In this document: positions 44,930 to 58,268 of the stretch, in pieces
Layout: the number at the start of each line of letters is the position of its first letter
How positions within the stretch are numbered: position 1 is the first letter of the stretch
From: Paraspadella gotoi
Taxonomy: Eukaryota > Animalia > Chaetognatha
Reading direction: 5' to 3'
Length of the DNA stretch: 64,000 nt
NCBI GenBank assembly: GCA_051294375.1
Contig: CM119263.1
Coordinates: 23,090,833-23,154,832 of the forward strand
Translations under genes and position numbers: made by a program
Notes under the pieces: generated by a model
Told to the model about the DNA's origin: nothing
What the model saw: only the letters and a program-made list of their open reading frames with translations
Database searches by the model: none

Positions 44930-45774
44930 AATCGACGCCGACCATTCTCTTTGCATTTTCCTTTGGGATTCCAAAGATTTTTTTTTTATTAATGATATTT
45001 ATTTATATTTTTTTGGAATGTTTATGTAAAATTTAATAGATTTTTTTCCTTTCCGAGGAAAGAATTTAGCGAAAGTGGCCACTGAATTGAAAATTTTGCG
45101 ACGCTAGTCACCGCATGCCTTGCTTTGCGGATTAATCGTACATATTTTTATAGTATTTTCCGAACTTACAGAATATTCATTTAGTAAATAATTTTTTTTA
45201 GAGAGTACATCCTCTTCGACGAAACTCAATACTATTTGATCAATCAGTTTTTTTGCCTTTTTTCTTTATTGTTTTCCAGTTGTATCTGTAATAAATTATT
45301 ATTTAGTACTGTCATCATTTCTGCATTTCTTGTAATTAAAACATTTTTCTTTATGTAATTGTTGTCGAACCAAGAGATTGAGTTAAACGTTTTGTATTGA
45401 TTCAGGATGGCTTTTTGATTGAATTGTTGGTTCAGAAAAAGTTGTATAAAATTAAAAAAAACATTTTCGAAGTCGAAAATTTCGGTTTTGCTTATTTCTC
45501 CAAGAAATTAAGAATGAGAACTGATAAGGGATGCAAGGAAGGAATTCAAAAGAGCTAAAAAGGAAAGAAATCATTTTGCGGGAAAAAGGAAAAATGACGA
45601 TAGAGGAAAGAATAGGTAAAGGCATAACTCAGAAAAGGATAAAAAAAAAAAAAAAAAAGAGAGAGAAGGTGGACAACGAGATGCCTCTCATGGGATGTGA
45701 CAATTTCCCTTTTATGAAGTGTCTCCGGATTTCGTTTCAAATCCTTTTTTAGAATCTCTCTCTCTCTCTCTCTA

Positions 45775-45817
<43 letters not shown>

Positions 45818-46461
45818 CCTGCTCTATCCTCCCTAATCTTTTCTCTCTGCCCGGCGGACCGGGAAATCCCGAGGCGGCGGTGGTGGTGGTAGATGTGGTA
45901 GAGACGGGGTTGAAAGTGACGAGGTTGGGAGGCTAAGAATTTTTAATAATAACTATGGTAATATGGTATAGTTGGACAGTAAACAATCGGACTTATTATT
46001 GTGGCATCACGGATTAAAATCAGAAGGGAACGCCTCGGAGTTTAGAGAATTACAAATTATTCTGTCGTCGGAAGTGAATAAATAGACGAGAAGGGACGTC
46101 ACTTGTTACGCGAAAGAAGTTGGAGATGATAAATTAAATAGAAATAAAATGTCGTAAATCTCGATGGTGACTGTTAAAACTAAATCGAAAAAGTTCCACA
46201 CATTGCAGGTATGAGGAATTTTAAACGGACGACCTAGCGCTAGCAATGTCACCGCTCAACCAGATTTATTAATCATTTCCTTCGTTGCTCGATTAATCGA
46301 AACTTAATCAAAGCCATGATTAATACCCTTAATTAATACTGCGGCGAACGAAGCCGCGTTTTGACGGAAAGCGAAGAGAACTCGGGAGAGAGAGAGATTT
46401 TTCTTTTTTGAAATATTTAATTTCGATGATGTTCGGGAGTTATGAGGAAATTTGTCAAACG

Positions 46462-46502
<41 letters not shown>

Positions 46503-46958
46503 TTACTGTGGTTTGCGTGGGCTAATCTCTGATCTTCGTTTTTAATTATTAGCGACGAAGGCAAAATATTTTTTTTTTTCTCGACTAAGACTTCCGGGAC
46601 AGAAATAAACAAAAATTACAAACTTCATGGATATTTATCAACAAAAAAACAATGATGGAGAGAATTCAGAACAAGGGTAAAATCGGTAAAACCGGTTTAG
46701 TCTAAACTTTAGGGAGTCATTTAAAAAAATATTAAGGTCAAGAGAAAGAGATATACAAAGATCGCATCGCGAGTTTTATGTTAACTATGTATGTTTTTCT
46801 TATTCCATTCATGTAGTCATATTGTATCTCCACTTTACTCGCTCAGCCCACTACCACTAAACAACCACTGCACCCACAACCACCTCTATTCCTACCCACA
46901 ACGCTCTCCACTCACCCACTGCTCCGTCCACCTATTTTCCTTCTCAAAAATAAAAAAA

Positions 46959-47755
46959 TCATCCCGACGCCGAAGTTGATTTTCCTTTTCCTTTCAGATT
47001 TTTTTCCCTCTGAAACCTCAGGTCAATCCCGAGCAGCAATTCGATGAAATCGTAGTCGTCGTCATCGTCGTCGCCATCGTTGTCTTCTGCTTCGTCGTCT
47101 TCATCTTCTGTGTCGTCGTCTTCGTCGTCGTTATCGTCTTCGTATTCCTCGTTGTCGTCTTCATTGATGTCGTCAGCGTCGTCGTCGTTAACGTCGTGGT
47201 CATCTTCGTGTTCTACATCTAAATTTTGTCTCCTTGTTTTTTTTACTCTCCTTCGTTTCTTTAGTTCTTTCATTTCTCCGTTGACGTTTCAAAGTCGTTG
47301 TCGCCGCAGCCGCCCACAAGCCGCTGCCCGCGGCGCTGCCGCTATCATTCTCCCCGTCACTGCCGTCGCCGTTATCGTCCCCGTATTCATTTCGATGGTT
47401 TTCAATATAATAATAATTTCAACTGTTGTTGTTAACGTCTTCGAGATCATAATTTTAACTCTCAACATCGTGGTCGTCGTCGTCGTCGTCATTTCCGCCG
47501 CTGTCGCCGCCGCCGCCATCGTCGCCGCCGCCAGTTCTTTACCCCCTCTTCAGCGTCGTCGTCTCGATTATTATTGTCGCTAATCCCGTCGTTTCGGATT
47601 GTCGCGCGAAACTCGGTCCATTCAAAGTCAAACCCGAAGTTACGACTTATGTCCTCTAAAAACTCATTAACGCTTCGATAATGTCGTCTTCCAACGACCT
47701 TCGATATTGTCGAAGTTGTTGTTATAGGTGTCGTCGTCGTCGTCGTCGTCGCCAT
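46959..47755 (-). other. Coding-like acidic/low-complexity segment, possible orphan gene broken by indels (duplicate at ~37320-38140)
   Basis: ATG-initiated MATTTT...RRHYRSVNEFLEDISRNFGFDFEWTEFRATIR, then D/E-rich stretches ending DDDYDFIELLLGIDLRF in different frames. GC-rich island among AT-rich DNA. Confidence 0.3.
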
Positions 47756-47996
47756 GGAAACGAAGCGGTCGTCGACAGGAGAGGCAGGGGTAGGGAAAGA
47801 TTTAACGATTAAATAGTGTGGACTGTGGAGGGAGGGGTAAATGAGGTTAAATAATGTAAGATCAAAAAGTCTTAAGTAATACTATGTATATATTATTATA
47901 CTTTATATTAGAACAATATTCGAAAAAAGATGGGGAAGAGAAGGAGTGGGAAGAGGAAACCTACGAGCAGGGGTCGGGGCGGAGAAATCTTTCGAG

Positions 47997-48100
<104 letters not shown>

Positions 48101-48539
48101 AAGGGGATTACCCTCCTCCAATTTTTAGAGAAAAATATTCCATCGTTTCGGGAATTTTTCTAAGAGCGGGGCAATTCTATCAGATCTGGGTCCTCCAATC
48201 CTCCGATTTTCGATTACATCCGGGTTTTTAAATCCGAAAATTCTCATTCGATTTTTTATGACATCCGGGTTTTATCCTCTGAAATCCGAGGAAGTCGAAG
48301 ATCAAAGATCCCGCCTCTTGATTTGGACACGAGAAGGAAAAAAATAAATTCGGGTTTTCTATCTTAAGCCTTTTCAAGTCTTTTTGCATGTCTGGTCAAT
48401 TTCAGTGGACAGTGTCTGATAATTTTTTTATTCTTAAAACTTTTGACTTCCTCATGAACAGTCAAAATACCTTTCATTGTAATTACTAACGATTGCCGGA
48501 TTGACGCAAGGGATTTTTGGCGGATTGGCGCAAAAGGCT

Positions 48540-48720
48540 AATGCGGAGTGAGGATTAATGGCGGATTGACGCAAGTGACTAATTGCTGACGGAGTGGCGC
48601 ATAAGCATAATGGCGTAGTGGCGCCGGGATTAATGGCGGAGTGACGGTGAGGATTAATGTCGGAGTGACGCAGAGGATTAATGGCGGAGTGACGCAGAGG
48701 ATTAATGGCGGAGTGGCGCG
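48540..48720 (+). repeat. ~24-bp minisatellite (GCGGAGTGACGCAGAGGATTAATG)n, degenerate; partial copy at 38950-39082
   Basis: Directly visible tandem units. Confidence 0.85.
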
Positions 48721-48806
48721 CAAGCTTCTCACCTCATTACGTCGTAATGATGGCGTCTTTTGTCTCTCGCTTCTTCTCCTCCAGGGAAATTCCAAGTTCT
48801 TTCGGA

Positions 48807-48913
<107 letters not shown>

Positions 48914-50257
48914 GGCCGCTATTCCGACTTTTTGCGCTTCTCTCTTTCCTCTTTTAACTTATTTACCAAAAAAAAAAAGAAAAAGTAAAAGCCTGCACTT
49001 ATTGTATGTTTTGTATTTAAATTCGCTTTACGATTCTGATTCAGTTGTTTCTGAAAATTCTTAAGACGCAAAGAAAAATAAAAATAAAATTCATTTGCCC
49101 GAAAAAAAATTATCGATCATTGAATTTACTTATCTGACCATTTGTACTAACAAGCCATCCCTTCCTGACAGTTATGCTGGACAAATACATGCAAAATATG
49201 CTTCGGCTAGAATGAGACAGTATAATACAGTGTAAAAGTCTAAATTTGGACTAGATACCTCGTTTCTCTGATTTTTTAAATCATAAGCCATAAATGAGTA
49301 AGACGATGGGTACAACAGAAAGTGATATGTCTGTTGTACCAATAGAATAAATTGAGATACTCAAAGATTTGTACTGCTTAGTTAAAATCCTTAGTTCTCT
49401 GATGGAAAAAAAAAGTGATTTTTTTTTGCATAACTTTTGCGTCTGAACTCGAAAACGAATCGTTTCTCTCCCCTAACTCATGCGTTTTAATAATAACCTT
49501 CCCTTCATTTTTCATTGTATTTTATCAATTTTTTTCGACTATATTCATTTCCCAACCACCCATAATTCGTCAATCGCCATCCCACTTCCCTCCCTTCCTC
49601 CATTCTCTCCCACCCTTAATCCTTCCCCGCCTCATCCACTCCCTCTTCCCTTTTTCAAACGCCTTAAGTTAATTCAAAAAGAAGAGAAACTCGTAAGGAT
49701 CATTAAACATCTGCGACAACAAGTAGCGAGAGCGTTTTCCGCCGCTGCAGCAACTTTCTAATACCGCTCCACAGCCGTTTTAGCGCCTCACAGCGGTCGC
49801 AGCTACGGTTCGTATCCTGGTAAAAAAACTGAATTTTGTGTACTCATGCCACAATTTATTTTAATTCAAACTTACGATTTTGAAAAAAATAAAAAATAAA
49901 ATAATCTTTTATTTCTCCAATAGGCTAAGGCCTAAACTTTAATTATTATTAATAATTTAATCCCCTTCCTCCCTTTCCTTCTTTCTCGAAACAAGCGCAA
50001 CCTTTCTTCCATCTGCAATAGTCACGCCTTCGTCGCATCAGTGCGGTGGCGACGCCGACGGCACGCCGGTTCCGGTGCCCGAACAGCAACGTCGCGGCGC
50101 CGGCACGACTGCGGCGCCAGGCGTGGCAGCGGTGCCTCGGAAGCGACTCGCCGCATTACACCTCGTCATCTGCCTCTTTACTATTTCTCAAGACGCTTGG
50201 AGGGCGTGGCAGGCGTCGTGAGACGACGACGTCGATAAAGACGATGTGGATGACGAA

Positions 50258-50280
50258 GATGATGATGATGATGATGATGA

Positions 50281-50372
<92 letters not shown>
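50258..50372. repeat. Compound (GAT)n(GAC)n(GAT)n trinucleotide microsatellite
   Basis: Visible tandem array. Confidence 0.95.
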
Positions 50373-50373
<1 letters not shown>

Positions 50374-51313
50374 CAACGACGTCTTCATTGTCGACTTTGT
50401 CTTCTTCATACGTAGCTTGTCGTAGCCATCATCCTGTTCATTGGCTTGATCAACTTTACATCGTCATCATCGCCGCCTTTATTATATGTTTATCGTCGTC
50501 TTTATCGTCGTTTTAATCGTCTTTTCAATGTCTTCTTTTGTCTTCTTTGATCTTAATCTTCGTCTTCTTTTCATCGTCGTCGTTTTCGTCTTCATCGTCG
50601 TCGTTTTCGTCGTCATCATCGTCGTCGACATCGTCTCGGGCCTCAGCTGAAAGTCACCAGCGAAGTCGCACCTTCGGCGAAACTCCGTCGCATCCGTCGG
50701 AATTAATATTTCAATCGGATGAAGGAAAAGAAAAAAAAAACAGGAAAACCGGAAAAAGAAATAAACATTTTGACGCAAAGAAAAACTGACTACTTTTATA
50801 CGGATTAAAAAATTATGCAGGCCTTTTGAGCAGAGGATATCTTGTTCATTTGAATCTCCGAACTCTTATCCTGACAATTCGATCTGTTAACCGGAGTCTC
50901 AAAACTATCGCCGTTTTTTGTTGCCTTCGTCGTCGTCATCGTCATCGTCACAATCGTCGTCGTCAGACCTGATTAATCCACGTTAGCGCCCGACTTTTTT
51001 TCTCTCTCTCTCTCTCGTCACTACGCCGGCGCCGGCCGACGCCGAGTTGTAGCGCCAACCGCAAAAAAACCGGCGTCACGTAGCGCCCGGGGTCGAAGCC
51101 GGCGTCGCTCCGAGGGGCTTTCCTTTTGTATATCATTGCTCAAAAAGTCATTTTTGACTCTAAGGGCACCTGAGCCTCGAGGAAACAACGACGCCGCTCT
51201 CTTCGCGCCGAGAAAAAAAAAGTGGAACCGGCGCCGAGAACGAGAGGCGCGCCCAAATTCCGGTTAAGCCCTTCCGCGCGTTTTGGCGTGATGGACAGGA
51301 GACGAGGGAGTGG

Positions 51314-51399
<86 letters not shown>

Positions 51400-52671
51400 T
51401 GTACAAACGCTCCCCTTCTCCAAAAAAGAGAAAATCGAACGAAGGGGAATTTCGCCAAGAATTTTTTTTAAAGAAACAAAGAAAGAAATGATGACGACGA
51501 CGCAGAACAACAACGACGACGACGTACGACAACATTACGACCGCGATAATTCGACGACAACGACGAGCTAAAAATTTGGGGGAAAATTACGACCCAGAAA
51601 AATTTGGAGGAATAAATTAGTCGTTATAATAATTTGAAGTTGGGCTTAGACGAAATCGCGGTTAAGCTAAAATTCGGGTGAGAACGAATTTCGAATAACC
51701 CGAGTCGGTTGAAGCGTCGGAGGTGGATGTTTATTTTCGGTCGCTTGGCAACGGGAATTACTTCCAAAACTGTCTTTTGGCGTCTGTGATTGACCACAGT
51801 GACCACAATTGTGGCGTTGATCTTGAATTCGATTTTTTTCTCGCTTCTGTTTTGAGCAACCTGATTGGCTGACGTCGAGGAGAGAGAGAAAAAAACTCCG
51901 CAAGCGAGTATATAAGTCACGGCGCTCGTTGGCGTCGTCGTTGTTGTTGTTGTCGTTGTTTCTAAAGTAAAATCTGCGCTGACGAGGTGATGAGATGCGG
52001 ATTATGACTCGCACAGTTTACGGGGGCGAAGGGGAGAGGTAACAGGAAGGGGAGTGAGGACAAGGTAAGTGAGGTTGGGTAAGTGGCGACAGGAAAGGCA
52101 AAAGAGCCCCCAAAGTATATAGTAATTAAATATTTTTATCAAGGTGTATGTTTATCGATTAAAATTTTTTTGAAATATTTAGCGATTCAAATGAATTTAA
52201 ACAAAATATATATAAAATATAAATATGAATATAAGTATAAAAACAAAAAGATATAACATAAATATAACGTAAAATAAATGATTTGAAGTAAAGGAATAAA
52301 CAGTAAAGAATGGAAGGGATATCAAAAGAAAGGAGATGAGATGAGATGAAATGAGTTGAAAGAAAGGATATGAAGAGGGCAAGTAGCAAGGAAGGAAGAG
52401 AAAGAAATTAGAAGAAGATGTGAGTGGGAGTGGAAGGGAAAAAAGAAAATCGCCCGGTATCGCTCCCTCCGCCGCTCAAACCTCGTTGCCTCGTTGTCAT
52501 GGTGATTGTACTTAACCGCGCCAAATGAGTCTCAGTCTCAAAAAAAAAAGAGAAGAAAAAAGAGGGAAAAAAAGAAAAAAAAGTTTTGGCAAGTGAAACT
52601 AAGAGCGGCGTTAGAAACGGCGTTAGAGGGGAGGAACCCAGGCGCGCCGGATTAGGAGGCGTCAGAAAGAG

Positions 52672-52763
<92 letters not shown>

Positions 52764-53767
52764 TAAGAACAACCCGTGATGTCGGGATGGCGACGCAATT
52801 GCTGCGTTGCCGGAAATGGCGGCGTTGTAGAGACTTGGGTGGCGGCCGAACTGGGCGGAGGCGGCTGAAGGCGGAGCCGGTGCAAGCGACTTTAGGGGCC
52901 AAACCACGCCACCCTGGACCGATTTTCACATGCAAATTGCCGCAATGGCTGAGGTTCTTTCCGCCCACTAGGACTCTCATCAAGTGTTTCCTGCAGCCGC
53001 CGTCGTCGTGGTTTTCGTCGTCGTCTTCGTCTTCGTCGTCGTTAATATCGTTGTTGATTTCCTCGATGCCGTCGTTGTTGTCTTCTTATTTTTTTATAGT
53101 TTTAACAACAAATTACTAAACTATAAGTATTAAGTAACTTAAGTTGCCCTTTGTTTTAACTAATCATTTTTCTTTCGAGTTCGTTGACAGCAAATTTATT
53201 ACTCACTGACTGGTAAATATAAAAGATTTCCCGCTTCATTGAAATTACAGATATTCTATTCTTCGAGATGGACGCTGCCGAACCCAGATGGCGCTGCGAC
53301 GATCAGGACTTCCTATCGTCTTGCGCTCTGCGTCGACAAATAATGAGAATGACATTTTCGCGTCTCGACATTTCAACGTCGGCGATTCCGAGCCGGCTTT
53401 TTTTTTCGGTTCTGACTTTTCTTTGCCGGCTTCTGGCGCCGTCGACCCTTTGTCACTTTACCACTTGGAATGACGTGGCAATTCGTGACATCCGTAATTT
53501 ACAGCGCTGATCCTCGTCGGTATTTTTTTACGACAGCGTCACCGATTCGTGATTTCGCCGATTATTTTTTTTTCCCTCAAGAGACGGTTCTCCCGTCGAC
53601 TGTCGAACCATGGAAAACAAAAAATCAATAATTTTACGGCGCGAAGCCATCGAATCCATCTGCTACTAGATTTTTTTTTTTTTTAAACTTATTAAATTCA
53701 CGCCCTATCAGGTTTTTGCTTTTTGTTGAGCTCGTCAGCGGAATCATTTCCGTCGGATTATTTTTCA

Positions 53768-53851
<84 letters not shown>

Positions 53852-55819
53852 GGTATTTCCATTTTTCTTTCAATATCGGCTTTTTGTTTCTCGTTTTCTA
53901 TTGAATTTAGTTTTTTTGAAATACAATGTCTTTTTTTTTTAAACGATACCTTTGAGTGTACTTACTTTTAAGTAAGGATCAGTTTTGGTTTGTTAATGGA
54001 AAAAGCCAGGCAGCGGCAAGAATTTTACTTTATTTTTTTAATCTTCCCGTTTCTTAGTTTTCAATAATCTTAAAATTCTTAAATCTTAAATCTTAAATCT
54101 TAAAATCAAAGAATAAAAAACTCTCTCGTCTCTATTTCTATTTAAAAGAAAAAAAGTTTTAGGCCATTACAATCACAGCCTTAAATTGTACTCATTTTTT
54201 ATCGTACCAGTCTCTCGGTCCCATCCATAGTCAACCCCTCAACCCCCCTTGCCACCCCAATTCCCCCGCTCATTCCACCCCGAGATTTTATCACAACCCC
54301 GAATGTGACACGAAACTAATCTCAGTCCCTTTCTCGTCTGCTTTTCCCAATTTCTCCCAATTTCGTTTCCTTCTTTTTTCCATCTTCCATTAATGCGGCG
54401 GCGGCGGCGGCGGCGGCGGCGGAGGCAGCGGCGGCAGCGGCAGCGGTAGCGGCGGAGGCGGCTGCCTGTCTTAAGCTTTTGTGTGCTGCTCCCAACCTTT
54501 CTTCTTCCTCCTGTCAATTTTGGCAGACAAAAATTCGGATTTTAAAGAATTTAAAGAATTTGCAAATATGGCTGCCGCCGGCCTTCCGCCCGGCAAAAAC
54601 CGGCTTCGCTCCGCTCCGTCCCCCCTTTCGCCCCCTCTTAGTGGCGGCAGCCGGCGCCGCCGACGGCCGGTTCTCCCCCTTCTCTTCCTCTTCCGGTATT
54701 GCGATTCCAAATGGGATTAAGGATGACGACGACAACGACGAAGTTGAAGAAGAAAAAGGGTTGAGCTCGACGTTAGGGATGGCANNNNNNNNNNAATTAC
54801 CCGAAAAAAATATCGTCGTTACACAAGTAAAGGAACTCGTGGGTTCTGCGTAACAAAAACTCTTTCTACGAAATTTCCTTTTTTCTTCTTATTTTTTTTT
54901 TATTTCCAAATGTGACAATAACTATTTTCCCTTCTCTCCGAAAATTATACTTGTAACAAACCCCGCATAATGGTTCGGTTAGTGACTCGAGTTCGCCATG
55001 CGCCCCCCCACCATCCCGAAAAAAAAAGTTGGGTACGAAATGAGCTAATTATTTCTTCCTCTAAAAACTTGACAAAAAAAGAAGTAAAATTTGGGACTGT
55101 CCCCTTTTACGGTTTATCCACCCTCCCAATTGAGGCCTTACTCTTTCTTTCCGGTTCGCTTTCGGTGTTAAATCCCCCATGACCCCATGCGGTTAATTTC
55201 TCACCATGAGAGATGTCCCACGAGGAGTTTATTCCCTTTTCGCGAGTAAATTTCGCCCGTTGCGTCAATATCATATCACTGGAGTGAAATAAGAAGATTT
55301 CTCATTTTTGAATTTTTCTTTATTCATTCTCCTTAATGAAGTGGCCCTTTCAATCATGTCTCTTCTATCATGTCTCTTCTTTTTATTCATATTCATCTTC
55401 CCATCAACTCATAACCCCACTGAGAATCACCCCTTTCTCCTCCTCAGTCCCCTGACCCCCTCCTCCCAACCCATACCCATCAAGTTGGGGGACTAACGAA
55501 CTAAGGACATAGCAATTTCTCGGCCCGGGGCGTAAAACCACTCTGGGTTGTCTTTAAACCCGTCGAAGAGGATTACGAGTCTCCGAGTGTGTGACTTATT
55601 TTTCGGAGCCAAGTAATTATCTGCTTCCAGAGCCTCTAGCGAGAGAGTAAAAAAAAATAACTACAAGATGTCGCTTCGGAAGGCAAGGGAAAAAAATAAA
55701 CAGCGCGGTAATAGAGAAAAAAAAAACATGAAAACAAACAAAAGAACACGCAGCAGAACGATTTAAAAAAAACAAAAACANNNNNNNNNNAAAATAAGAC
55801 CGGGATTCTTTCTTCGCCT

Positions 55820-58268
55820 TCAAACCGGCCGCGGAATTCCGGTTTTAGATTTTGGACTTTTTCGCGATTTGACTTCGTCGTTGTCGTCGTCGCCGACCAG
55901 CGCCGCGTCCAACGGGTCCATCGATCTTCTCTCCCGGCGTTCTCGGCGCTTTTTCGGGCCCTTGCTCTTTCGATAATCATCTTTTCCGGCGACGGAGGTG
56001 GTTGACTCTTCCTCCGCCGTCGCGTCCTCGCGCGGCGCTGCCACGGCCAGCGGCGTCCGCTCGTCGTCGTCGTTCGCCCGGAAGCCGATCGGGACGCGGA
56101 CGTCAAAGCGACCCTCGTCCTCGGGTTTCAAAGGTTCGTTTACGGCGTCATCGGGCGCCGCGTCTAGTGAGTCGGCCTCGAAAGAGTCGGCGTCGTCGCC
56201 AAAGTCGGCGTCGCGGAGTCCGGCGTCGCGGACGGCGCCGTAGAATCGATCGTCGAGTTCGATGTCGTCGTCGACGCCGAAAGCTTCCAACGTGGACGCC
56301 TCCAAGACGTTCTGACGTGGGATCTCGGTAAGCAGCTTGTCGAAGGTGGAGTCTTCGAGGCTGCGGAGGATGTCGTCGGCGGAGACTTGGGCGCCGGCGT
56401 CGTCGAGAGGGGGAGGCGCCTCTACGTCTCCAAGCAGGGAGAACTCCTGGAAAGGAGGGGAAAATTAATTAATTAATTAATTAATTAATTAATTAATTAA
56501 ATTAATTAAATTAATAATTAATTTTTTTATTTATTTAATTTATTTATTTATATTATTTATATTATTTATTTTATTTATTTATTTATTTATTAATTAATTA
56601 ATTAATTACCTCACTCGATGCCATCGAATCCTGGACCGAAGCCTCCACGCGAATCCTCAACTCTTCGGTGTTGCTTCTGTCGACGAGCCTCTTGGCGCCG
56701 ATTCTCGGCGTCGTATCTTCGGCGGCGACGACGACCGGCGCTTTTCTCCCCGGCGCCGCTTCGAGAAAGTGTTCCGCCTCCTCGGCGATCGATTCCAATT
56801 TGCCGACGTCGCCGTTCTGCTCGTTAACGTCGTCGTTATCGTCGTCGTCTTCGTCGTCATCGTCGTCGCGAATCCTGACCTTGGAGAGGCGCCCCTGAAT
56901 CTCCTCGCCGATGACGGCGACATATTTGAGGTCGATCGAGGAGGCGGGGGCGTCGTCGTCGCCGCGAGAGGGCGGCGCCGGCGTCGGCGGCGGCGTCGGC
57001 GGGGTGGAACCGAGATTGGAGAGAGTTCGAACGCGTTGTCCGTTTTTGTCGGAATCGTCGTCGTCGTTGTCGTCGTCGTTGTCGTCGCAGAGAGACGGAT
57101 CAGAGGCGACGTTGATGACGACGGAGACGACGGCGTCTTGAGAAGGGGAGACGTCGCCGTTTAATTGAACGGCAGCGCTTTCGTCGAATTTGTTTCCGCT
57201 AGATGTCGCTGCGCTACAGTCGTCGACTGCAGCCACGATGGTGTGATCTGGGACATTATTGACGGGAGCACCGACGTCAGCGGTGGCATCGCCGTCGTCG
57301 TGGGTGCTGGCGGAATCCTTCGAATTGGATGGCGCCACCCGGGCAATCGGCGTTACTTTATTTCCATCAACTTCTTTCGATTTTTCGACGCCAATCGTCG
57401 CAACGACGCCTCCAGCATTCACGGGCGCCGTTCCGGATGATTTTCGCGCTAGATAATATTTGACGGCGAATGCGGTTAACGCCACTGATCCGCCGCCAAC
57501 CAGGGTCCAAAACACCACGCGTCCAGGCGACATCGGAGTGGCCTTTGCCGAGTCGCCGGCGGTCACGGCGAAATTGAAAGATTCTCCTAGAATATTTTTG
57601 TTGTTGGAAGAAAGATATTTTTTTGTTTTGTTTTAGCTGCGTTCAGAATTATTTTACAAGTAGACCAAAAGTATTGTTCAAGTAAACAGTATCATTGACG
57701 ATCTTTTGCCAAGCGGTCTTCTCTGGACTTGCAATAAGAGAGTCGCGCAACCGACTTCCCCGGCGCGGCAATCCGCTGGAGAATCCCAGGAGATTGACTT
57801 CGCCGAAGGGTGAAAGCAAAGCAGACGAATCCGGACGAGCATCCAAGTGCGCAGGCGCGGAAGATCGAAGGAATGGGGCTCGGGGAGGGTGAGCGGAGAA
57901 GGGGTGATGGAGGGGGGAGGTTGGGGAAGCAGATAAAAAGTGAACGACTGCGATTGGTGAGAACGAATCGCGAGAGCGAAAGAGAAAAAGGCGATTAGAC
58001 GATTTGAGAATCCAGTGCTGAAGGTTGTTGCCAAATTGTAAATGCGCAAAAATACGTGTTGTTGTGATTTAAATTCCTATTAGTAATTAATTTAATCTTA
58101 ATTTTTTAAGGCGAAACTCCGAGTCATCGAAGAAAATGCCATTGTTCTTCTTAATTTTATTTGTCTCCAGTTGAAATTAGAACTTCTTTGGTTTACTGTA
58201 TCTACCGGGAACCCGTCGAACTCCAGCCACGACGGCTGGATTAAAATAGACTCACCATCGGAGGTCAT
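55820..58268 (-). CDS. Uncharacterised single-pass N-terminally anchored, acidic disordered protein (~540 aa, 3 exons)
   Basis: Exons 58268-58256 (MTSDG, phase-1 donor GTGAGT), 57586-56610, ~56447-55820, with consistent phases. TM segment VVFWTLVGGGSVALTAFAVKYYLARK, then D/E/S/P-rich sequence ending KSKTGIPRPV*. Confidence 0.75.

Noticed and set aside
48540-48720. 24-bp repeats as a possible CRISPR array
   Set aside because: Head-to-tail units without unique spacers, eukaryotic context and no cas genes; it is a minisatellite.
50041-50789. Poly-M/T/S ORFs
   Set aside because: They derive from the GAT/GAC microsatellite; no supported splice model or domain.
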